Part shown: one piece after another, positions 42,701 through 53,950 of the stretch | Layout: every line of letters begins with the position of its first letter | How positions within the stretch are numbered: the stretch's first letter is position 1 | From: Diadema antillarum | Lineage: Eukaryota | DNA length: 64,000 nt | Assembly (NCBI RefSeq): GCF_040938485.1 | Contig: NW_027272208.1 | Coordinates: forward strand, 248,001-312,000 | Reading direction: 5' to 3' | Notes under the pieces: model-generated | Told to the model about the DNA's origin: nothing | Databases searched by the model: none | The model's input: the letters and a program-made list of their open reading frames with translations, nothing else | Made by a program: the position numbers and the translations under genes

Positions 42701-45700
42701 TTAGTAACCCAAATTTTGGTGGGGTTACATCCTCCCCTTTCAAACCAGGGTTCACTCCTGTGAACCTTTGATTAATCAAAACCAAAGATCTTACGCTTAA
42801 GGTCAGCAAAAAATCCTGATGAAGTTGCTTGCCTAGCACCAGAGGGTTCACCAAGGGTATCGTACTGCATGCGTAGCGGCGGCCTTGAAGAGCGAGTCGA
42901 GCGCCTGATGGATTGCGGGGCAGGCTCTGAATCGATTGCTTGATCCGTATTTTGCACTTGCTCTGCCTCAGGCTCTGCTGAAGTATGAGGGGTGTTACCT
43001 CTGGACTCTGTGTCTAGGGGTAAAGGGCTAGTGTGTCTACTTTCTTCTTCCGTGCTCTCCCCTCTCAAATCGGGGACTGCATCATCTGGTGTTACTCTAC
43101 CAGAACTACTGGATGTAACTGTGGCATCTATGCTGATGTCACCGCCAGCATGATTCTCGAAGTCTGAATCGGTTGATGTCTCCTCAGTAATGGGGTCAGG
43201 GGATAAAACGGAACCGCCGGAAACACCTGTGTCACTCACCACATCAGCTGTGTTGACCTGTTCAGGGGTCTCGCTGGTAGTCTCAGAGGGAATATTGGGA
43301 GGTTGGGAGGGGAAAAACTCTGGCGCATTTACGTTAAATCCTGAATGTGGGCGGTTAATGTGCTTGCGTACATCGAAAAGCAGAGTGATTTCTTCGTCAC
43401 TTGAGTCTGAACTATCAGACTCTTCCTCCCTCGGAGGGGCAATGGACTTTTTGGAACGGGTCCGATCAGCTGGACTCCTTTTCTTACCTGGTTTCTGGGT
43501 CTCTGAGTTATGGGCTGGGGCCTCATTCAAATACTCTATGGGTAGGAGAAGGTTGCGGTGTAGGGTGCGTGTCCTACCAATCCCGTCTTCAGGTGCAACT
43601 TCGTAAACCGGCATATCAGGGTTGAGTCGCTTTGTGATGACAAAAGGGTTCGCATACCATCTATCAGCTAATTTCTGCTTACCAGTCAGTCCAACGTTCC
43701 TAACTAGGACGCGATCGCCAGGTTTCAGACCATTGGCTCGCACTTTCGCATCATAGCGGACCTTGTTGGCACTGGCAGACTTGCCGGATGCAGCTGACGC
43801 AAGTTTGTAAGCTCGCGTAAGCTGATCACGCAACCCGCTGACATACTTCACGTGGTCAGTCCCAGTGAAGTTGTCAGGGCTAGTGCCAAATCGCAGATCA
43901 ACAGGCAGCCTAGCTTCCCTACCGAACATGAGGAAATAAGGTGAGAAACCAGTACTGTCATTCCTTGAACAATTGTAAGCGTGTACAAGTGCACTTACGT
44001 ACTTGCTCCAATTTGCCTTCTTCTCCTCCTCCAGGGTCCCTAGCATGTCCAGTAGCGTTCTGTTGAAACGCTCAGGCTGAGGGTCTCCCTGGGGATGGTA
44101 AGGAGTTGTCCTTGATTTCTTAATGCCAAGGAGCCTTGACAGCTCATGGATCACTTTGCTCTCAAAGTCCCTACCTTGATCAGAATGAAGGCGCTGGGGC
44201 AGACCATAATGTACAAAAAAGTTTTCCCACAGGACCTTGGCGACAGTGGCAGCAGTCTGGTCCTTCGTGGGGAAAGCTTGTGCGTATCGTGTGTAGTGAT
44301 CCGTCACTACCAAGATAGACTTCTTATTCGAGCGGTCTGGTTCTAGGGAGAGAAAGTCCATGCAGACCAGCTCCAGGGGGCTGGTTGTGTGAATACTCAC
44401 CAATGGGGCTGCTGGCTTTGGAGGAGTCTTTCTTGCTATACAACGAGGGCAATGCTTGACCCACTCCGTAATGTCAGCACTCATCTTTGGCCAGTAGAAC
44501 CTGTCTCTAGCCAACGCTATGGACTTCTCGATTCCAAGGTGGCCAACACTGTCGTGTATGCCCCTCATTGCCTCGACACGGCGCTGGGCAGGCAATACTA
44601 ACTGGTGATGGCGGTTCCCTAAGGAGTCAGTGAATGTTCTGTAGAGGACTCCTTTGCACAGAACTAGCCTGTCGAACTCGCGGAGTATCAGGGCAACCTC
44701 TCTTGAAAGGCCGGTATAAGACTGCGGCCTCTCCCCACGTTCAACATAATCCCTGACTAGTTTCAGTTGCGGATCTGCCTTTTGAGCCTGTGCCCAGTCT
44801 ACTACATTCAGGTCTGAGCCCTTCGCATACAGACCTGGGATAGACTCTGCACTGGCACACAGGGTCTCAACGTATGGCTGACTTCTATGAGGAGAGTTGG
44901 CTGAAACATAATGCGTCTGACAGAAGGCAGAGAGTGTGGACACTTTCTCACCTGAGTCCGACGTCTCATGCAGCCTTGCTTCCAGATCACTGATCTTGCA
45001 CTGCTGGCGATCCTCAAACTCCTTGTCCAGGCTGGGAGGATGTGGTTTCCTTGACAGCGCATCTGCTTCAATGTTCGTCTTTCCTGGCTTATAATGGATG
45101 GAAAAATCAAAGCAGGAAAGTGCAGCAAGCCATCTATGTCCTGTGGCATCGAGTTTTGCCGACGTCAGGACATATGTTAGTGGGTTATTATCTGTCATAA
45201 CCCGTGTACCTTTTGCTGCATACAAGTAATCCCTGAATTTGTCGGTAACTGCCCACTTTAGAGCAAGAAATTCCAGCTTGTGGGCTGGATAGTTCTTCTC
45301 ACTGTGGGACAGTCCCCGACTTCCATATGTCACTGGACGAAGCTTACCTCCGTGATCTTGATACAGGACACCACCCAGTCCATCACGGCTGGCATCAACA
45401 TGGAGCACAAAAGGCTTTGACAGGTCTGCGAAAGCTAAGACTGGGGCTGTGACCAGACAATGCTTCAAAACCTGAAAAGCCCTCTCACACTCCTCAGTCC
45501 AAGCATCACCAAGGGGGTCACTTGCCTTTCGGGCATCCGGGCTCGGAACTTTCTTTGGAGGTGGACGTCCTCGCTTCCTGGGGTAAACGCACCCACTTGT
45601 AAGTGCGTTCAAAGGGCGGGAAATCTTGGCGTAGTCCTTTATGAATCGCCGGTAATAGCCAGCAAATCCCAGGAAAGACTTAACATGCCTCACTGTCTGT

Positions 45701-48700
45701 GGCCTGGGCCAGGTTCTTACATCGGCCACTTTGTCTGGATCTGTCTGTACCCCAGCCTCGGAGACTACATGACCAAGGTACCTAACCGACTGACAGCAAA
45801 ATTGGCATTTTTCTGGTGATACCTTCAAGCCAAATTGCTGCAGCCTATCCAGCACCCTAGCCAGGCGCTCCTCCATTTCCTCCAGCGTCTTGGAGAAGAT
45901 TATCAGGTCATCCATGTACACCAACACCTCTAACATGTTCAGACCTGACATACACTTCTCCATCAGCCTTTGGAAGGTTGCAGGTGCTCCCTTCACCCCT
46001 TGGGGCATACGCTCGAACTGGTAAAACCCCAAAGGGCAAGTGAAGGCCGTCTTCTCCTTGTCAGATCCACGCATCGGGATTTGATAGAATCCCGACTTTA
46101 AGTCGATAACAGAAAACCATTTACTGCCACTCAGGGAATCAATGGCCTCCTGTATCAGGGGCACTGTGTACTGGTCGGGAATGGTACGAGAATTGAGTGT
46201 ACGGTAGTCGACGCACATTCTCAAAGTACCATTCTTTTTCCGAACCAGCACAATTGGGGAGGCATAGGGACTCTTAGACTCCTTAATGATGTTGTTCTCC
46301 AACAGCTGTTGAAGATGTTGCTGCAAGTCCCTAAGATCAGAGGGAGGCACCCTCCGAGACCTCTCACGGAATGGTGTGTCATCGTTAACACAAATCTGAT
46401 GCTCCGCATAGCCTGTACTGCCTAGGTCAAATTCATGCCTGGAGAACACATCACTCCTCTGCCTGCACTGACTGAGCAGCCTTTCTTTCCACTCCGGGGA
46501 AATCGGGCCCCAATTGATGGGCAGCTCACTAACGTCAACTTGAGGGGAAGGGGTGTTATCGCCTACATTAGCACTTACTTGGGAATGGGTTGCCTTGGTG
46601 TAACTGTGAGGCTGGGTAGGAAAACTACTAGGGGTAGGGAAACACTTGTCGGGGACATAGGCATCTATTATGGGGCAGTTTCCAGGGACAGTGATAGGCT
46701 CAGGGCTACTATTGGTCACCAGCACCCTTACCTTTCCAATCGCACCACCTGACAATTTCTGTACTCCTGGGGCTATGTGTAACCCACTTGGAAGTTTGCT
46801 GTGGGGATTAGACTCTACGAAAACAGTCATCTCTTCTTTCAGGGGATTCCTAATTTGGGCAGTCATTATCAATTTGGAGTGGGGAGGTATTTGCGTGCTA
46901 TGTCCTTTCTTGGTCCTAGCAGTGCCCAATTTGCCATCAGGGGATACCTTCTCTTGTTTTGATATACTGGCATAGATATCCCTGCAAGTCGCACTAATCT
47001 GCAATGACTGGGCGAAGCGTGCTCCAGCCATCCTCCTACAAGATTCAAAACAGTGCCTGAAAAGTCCTGAATTAGTGCCAATAATCACTCTATGGTCACA
47101 GGGACGCTGGGGGTCTGGTACTACAAGAGCCAATGTACTAAACTCAGTCCCTGTGCCAGCAAATGACCGTTCAAAACCTATGTTGACGTAAGCCCAACCC
47201 AGATAGGGCATAGTCCCATCTCCTCCATGGTACAGGACTAGGTCACTCAGTCCATGCAATTCCCTATCTAGTGTGTCGAAAAGGCTCTTGTGTATAAGAG
47301 TGACCTGAGACCCACTATCAAGATGGCATTTTGTCTCCTTTCCATCTATCCAACATTTTGGGTTGATAGCATCTCCTACTAAACCTTCAGGAACATCGTT
47401 CTTGGAAACCTCAACTTTAGAAACAATTGGGGGAGAATCTAATTTTGGGGCCCTTGGTTTCCCCTTCCCAGGCGCCCTTTCTCGTTTCCCTGGTTTCCAA
47501 GGATGTAGTTGACGAGTCTTTTGTTCAGTACGTCAGGGGGGACAGAATTTTGACAATTTCTACTGATATGGCCCTCCTCTCCACACTTGAAGCAAAGAAC
47601 ACCAGTATTATTCTGCTGGGACGACTGAGATTTGGGGGGATTATTGGTGGGTTGAGGTGCTGGTGGAGGTTCTGGTTGGGGAAGGACATGGGGTTGGGAG
47701 GCTGTTTGGGGCGGTAGAATAGAGGGCTCTACCTTACGGTGGGCAGCCTGCTTTGGTTTTGTGCTGACGGGGGGCCTTGGGGCAGACAGAGATTTCTTCA
47801 CTCTCTCCTCTCCTTCCTGCTTCCTCACCGAAGACAGGAGTTCCAGGAAGGACGGTGGTTTCTCCAGGCGCTCCCTGAGCTGTAGGTTTACTAGGAGCAT
47901 TTCATGGTAGAGGATGCCCCTGATGAATTGTCGCAGTCTCACCTTGTTGGCGTCATGTGGCTTGACAACTCCTCGCCTAACCACATGGCGCATGACTTCC
48001 TGTAAGCGAGAAAGATACTCAGAGGGAGACTCACCTTCAGCCTGGACTGTCTGATGAAATCTGACAAACAGTTCATCATCTGTGTCAGTATCGCCAAAAG
48101 CCAGATCCAGAGCCCTGAGGTAGTCTGCAGAGCAGGCCTGGGGATTCTCGCGCCTAAGGTCTGTAATGATGCTTGACGCAGGCGGACGCAATGACTCACG
48201 AATGCGCTTGCGCCGCTCAGCATCATCCAGAGTCTGCCACTCCTCCATCTGGCTCTCAACGTGCTCTATCCAGATGGGGTAGCTATCCTCATCACGCGCT
48301 GCTGTCTTTGCACCGGAGAAGCATCGCAGTTTCCGATACCCTGTGGTCAGCCCACACCGTACTAGTGAAGCTGCTAAAATCGGGATGTCCCGATCAGGGA
48401 AGGACATGGATGGTTCACTGATACCAGGGGAAGGGGGTGGAAGGTTGTTAGTAGTAGGGATGTCTTGAGACTGGACTTCCTGAGCTCTACGTCCTGCTTT
48501 TCTCCATTCCCTAACTAAACCTCTCTCCCTCAGGTCCTTGACACTGACCCTATTTCCTCTGACTGGTCCTAAACCGTCTAACCTCACTACTCTGCACATA
48601 GTCTCCCCATCTACTGGGATGACAATCTGTGCCTGTAGTCCTAACATAGCAACTGCATTTTCAAATTCACACAGGAGCAATGTTTCCCCTGTATCGGGAT

Positions 48701-51700
48701 CATCCCATCTTAACACCTCAAGTAATGTGGGATATAACTCTGACAGTGCCAGTGCAAACACCTCTGTTGGCACAGTCTTTACACCTGTTGCAAGTAGGAG
48801 GGCATTCTCTACTCTAATCTCCTCCTTCTTACACCAATCCTGACCAATCTGCTTCAAACTTTTACCTGCCATCGCTTTGTTTCCTGCACACGAGTGTTGG
48901 CTCTTTGGTACAATAGAACGAAAATGGTGAATGTAACAGTAACAATCAACAATAATAATCAAGACTCAGTTTCGGCAACATGTGTCACCAAACAAATGCA
49001 ATTATACAATTAAGAAAACAATGGTTCCCGGACAAGCCCCCAATTTATGTAACCCGAATGTTACACTCCCGAGTTCATAAATAAAGAATATCACACCTGG
49101 GATTAAGTTTTGACAAAATAATCCAATGACAAACTTTATTAGCTTGTTTGTCGTTCAACAAAGTACATCATTCAATTCAATTCATTCACAGACTCAATTG
49201 TGACCTTTGCCACATTGGCATAATTAAATATTTGCCAGTGTTCGGCGATAATTCGACTCGTTGCTGTCTCTTTGTTTCTCTCGCCGGTTATCCTGTCGAC
49301 GAGCCCAGAGCAGTCACAAACCAGTCGTACACGGTAGCTGATGCAATGCTTAGTAGCTGTCAGTCACGCTGAACCAAGCAAAGGCGGGCCAAAGCTCTCA
49401 TCCAAATATGTATCTAGTCAAAAGAGCCAACACTTGTTTTCACTACAAGTTGCTCCACACGGCAGTCAGTGGATGTACGTGCCACAACCAGTTGTATCAC
49501 AGGCACATAAAACTTGTATATAACAGTACAGCTGATGCTTGTAAGGTTTTACCAGTGTTTTGTGGTAAACCTCTCAGCAGATAATATATGTGTGAGAAAA
49601 CTTTCTGGATCACACAGTCGATGTAACAGGCAAAGTGGATGCAGGCCTCAAAGCGCTGGCAGGAAGCAGATATGCCTATTTGCTCCAAAGCTATGGGCTT
49701 TTATACTTTTCTATCTCTATGTAAAATATTGAAATTACAATCTTTCTCTAGAAAATCAGAAACTTCCAGGAAGTTAACTGACCAGCAGAAATTTCATTGG
49801 TTCATGTTTCTATGACATCATTCAAAGTCTGCCTCATTGGCTAGAGGTCACTCATTCCCCTTGACTTCCAGGAACATTACTGACGTACTGACCATCCACT
49901 TGGCCAGACAAAGTCTTAACATTGACCAAGGGCAGTAACGACAGGCTTTCCAGTCACTCTCGAGCATTCTGCCTACAGGGCTTTAAAGTTGCACTCCTGT
50001 GACCTTGGTCACTGGAGCTGCTGCCTAACCAGCACAGCTATATAACACATTGTTTATACTTATGCAAACACTGATCTACTTAACATAGTAGACAAATCAT
50101 ATAGCATAAGTCATAAAAGCACTCAATTAGGATATAGAGACATAATTATATCTCATTTGCATAAATGATGTATTAGACATAACCACTGCACATACATATC
50201 TCTTATGCTGAAGTGCGTGGATCACACTTTGTTCTGAACATATGAGATATCAAATAATAATCTTGCAAACAGTCATACCCCTTACAGTCATTGATAATAT
50301 ATAGCACAACAGTATCTGTAACATAAAATGTGACACAGGTAAAGTAAAACTAGTAATGTATGGAGTTACTCTACTTTAAGGCACACGCAAAGATAGCCTA
50401 TTAAACAGTTCATTGGAAATTAGGGGGGGATATGTGAGAAGAAAGGAATAGGAGAGGACAGAATTTGGGCTAGACGTGCACTCTACGTCATTGTCACAGA
50501 AAATGTTGGCCTACAGTTAGAACCAGTCCACTCTGTATAGGCTTTGCCCATGGTGGGACACTGTCTCTAAATCCCAAAGCAACTACTACTTTGTGAATGA
50601 CCTTCCTCTTCTGAGACATGGTCCTTTCGCTTCTCTTGATGTGCCTACACACCAACAAAAGGGAGGGGTGCTTAAAACAATATCCCTAGACTGGCTAGCT
50701 TGCTCTCTCCTTGAGTTTTATTACACCTACATAGTCTAACACCAGCAGGGGCGTTTCACAGGGCTTGACCAGTCTCAATACACACAGGCTTACCATTAGA
50801 CATTGGCTACTGGGGTCAAAGGCTGGAGGGGGAATCTGAAGACTAATCTTGGGGGTTACTAGTACACTGGTCGAGGGGTTGTTGGAAAACAGGTGGGGTA
50901 CGGACGTCAGAGGAGGGATGAATGGAGGGGGTGGTAATAACAGTGACCATGGGTCTTCCAAGGAAGTAGGAATCTAGTCTGACGACATTTCTGGAGAAAT
51001 CTTAGTAACCCAAATTTTGGTGGGGTTACACTTGTCAAATGAAACAAAGATACAAACAAACACACACAGTGTTTATCCCACAGAATCTACAAATGAAAAA
51101 AAAAATAAGAAGCAAAACAAGAACAAACTCATACAGTGCTCTGCTCACCTTTAGTATCGTAGTTCCCATCTGTGCTGGCGACATGGTGACGGTTACACCA
51201 GCATCCTTCAGGGCATCAATCTTTTCTGTAGCCCCACCCTTACCCCCTGAGATGATGGCTCCAGCATGGCCCATTCTCCTACCCGGTGGGGCAGTAAGAC
51301 CAGCTATGAATGCAGCGACAGGCTTGGCATTTGGACCCTGCAAACCAATGAGATCAGATCTTCACAGTGTAGAAAAGACATCAATAGACTAATTATCTCT
51401 GTGCTCTTAGTTTTTTTATTTGGAAAGTCAGCTTTTAAACTTGAAAATTATCTTTTTACAAAAAATTGAATCTGTAGTAAAGAGAGCAGTCATTCAGAAT
51501 CAGAGAATGATTAGCATTTAAATTCAAAACATTTCATGACAAATTACAGTAGACTCTTGAACAAATTAGCATGGCACTGCGCTTCACATAACACTTTGTT
51601 TTCACTCACTGTATTGTTTTGCTTGAGGAATTCAGCTGCCTTCTCCTCAGCACCACCACCGATTTCTCCAATGAGCACGATGCCTTCCGTCTCCGGATCC

Positions 51701-53913
51701 TTGAGGAAGATGTCCAGGCAATCCACAAAATTGGTTCCATTGAAAGGATCTCCTCCGATACCTACACTCAAAGGAGAAGGAGAAGAAGAAGAAAAAAAAA
51801 AGAAGTAAGACATTTCAGTACAACTTTCCCTTTCTTTTTGATGAACTTAGTTACCATGGTGACCCATAAAGCCTTCACCTCATAGTTTGTACTTCCTTAT
51901 GTGCAATATCATTTTTCTTTTCCTTTTTTATAATAACAAAATGAGTGCCTTGTTGACTGTTTCATTAAGTCTGCAATACGCACTGGCATTTTCTACAGCA
52001 CTGAAATGTTCTGTTGAAGAATTAGCTCTTCACATTATCCAACAGTAAGCATGACTTGGACTTGATCAGAAGTCTGACCAAATCCAAGAGTGCCTAAAGC
52101 TATAATGCTGCCAGAAAAAATTCTCAAAATCATAATTCTAGACACATTTCTGTCAATCCTTGGGACACCATACAAATAAAAAATAAATGAATAAATAAAA
52201 ATAATCCATCCCTGGGAAACTTTGTTTTGGGTTCCTCAACCCATTTTACACATATAAATGCACTTTCAAGCATTTATTTCTCATTAAGATCATGATAACC
52301 AGGTAGTTCCTTGTTTTCTTATATTAAATTTGTACGACACAATTTGAGTGAGAATGCCTGGAAATCTGCCTTTCTTAATCAAGTACATATCCTTGAAAGA
52401 TATTCAACTTCCATCATCACATTTATAGAGGGCTCTATTCAAATACAAACATATTTCTTTTGTGGTAATACACACTTCTTACTAAAGAGAATTTAGCACG
52501 AAAATGCAAATTTTCCCCCCAAATGACTTTTGATTTTATGAATATTACCAACAAGCACACTTACCAACACAAAGGGTTTGGCCCAGTCCAACAGCTGTCG
52601 TCTGGGCAACGGCTTCATATGTCAAAGTTCCTGACCTCGACACAATACCAATGTTGCCAACTTTATGAATATGTCCAGGCATGATACCAATTTTGCAGCT
52701 TCCAGGCTATAATAGCAATAAAGAGAAAGTAATAAACATTTAATCAAATCTAAAACAAAACACTGATTTTACAAGGGATTGCATCACTTTTGTAAAAAGA
52801 AAAAAAAAAGCCACATTTTGATCACTTCTGTTTTTACCAATGAACAAATACACTCTGCTGTTACATTAAACAAATTTACAATGCGAAACAGCCCTTTTCA
52901 CATCATTCCAAACATACATTTTGTGGCACATAAAACTTCTGAATTCTAATCTAAGAAAAATGACATGCAGGACAACCAGCTAAGATGAGACTCAACATAG
53001 CAATTCTGTGAAATTTCTCAAATTTCTCAAAGGAGAAAATGTGATTCTGATCAAGAAATGTGTCCAGAGTTAAATGGAAGAAAGCAAAGAGTAAAATGCC
53101 TGCTATGAAACCAATTCCAATTTGCTCTAAAGATTGATTTTATGAGTGCTGGGAAACACAGTTTGCCCCATGATATGCTATACATGGGACCCATGAGGTC
53201 AGTCATAAGTAGTCACCAATAAGTAACGTGAAGCCTACACTATGGAATGAGAAAGGTCAATAGTTCATCAACTGATACCTCCAAGGCAGATAAGTTTAGG
53301 ACTCAAACATTTCAATTTCCTCTTGTACAGAAAATGTCACGAGATCTGTATTCACAAGAAGTAGTAACCTGTTACATCTCTTGATAATTTCTGCTAATTT
53401 CTCCATTCTGTGTGAGTGTCGAAAGGGACCTGAAAATGCAGCAGCAGTGAAACAACCAACATACTGCACTGAAAAAAGAAAAGGAAGAAGAGAAATCCAG
53501 TGACTATTGTCAGACATACCTTGATAATACCAGGACAGTTGGGGCCAACAAGGCGTGTCTTGCTCTGTCTGACCAGCTTGTGCTTGACCCGCACCATGTC
53601 CTGCTGGGGGATACCCTCTGTGATGCAGACAACCAGACCGATCTCTGCGTCAATGGCCTCCATTACGGCAGCAGCAGCGAACTGGGCAGGAACATATATG
53701 ACTGATGCATCGCAACCTGTCTTCTCTTTGGCCTGCAGGCAGAATGCAAGGGCAAAATTAAGGATACATGGAGATTGATAGGTGCATAAGCATCTATGAC
53801 AACAACTGCAAACAACTGCCTCTTTGATAAATAAACTTTGAATAGCTCTTGGAACTAAATGCTCTTTCATATTTCAAATGAGGTTTCTCGTTCACACACA
53901 CACACACACACAG

Positions 53914-53950
<37 letters not shown>

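Larger units (their letters stand above)
40747..51030 (-). mobile_element. Full-length Gypsy/Ty3 LTR retrotransposon (10,284 bp), apparently intact and very recent
   Basis: Two 1983-bp direct repeats bounded by TGTAACCC...GGGTTACA; 4-bp TSD CTTG at 40743-40746 and 51031-51034; PBS, PPT, open gag and pol with domain order PR-RT-RNaseH-IN. Confidence 0.98.

Noticed and set aside
40847-42854. Set of 60-88-aa ORFs duplicated at 49148-50961
   Set aside because: LTR sequence; the duplication is explained by the LTR pair, and there is no env-like or other recognisable ORF.
43190-48843. Antisense and alternate-frame ORFs overlapping gag and pol
   Set aside because: Shadow ORFs of a long GC-balanced coding region; none has recognisable domains.
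53195-53282. Possible C/D snoRNA in SUCLG1 intron 4 (TTGATGA...CTGA with GAGG/CCTC flanks; partial complement to 28S AAUAGGGAACGUGA)
   Set aside because: Imperfect C box, stem displaced from the C box, and the guide match has mismatches and is not positioned next to a D/D' box; consistent with chance.
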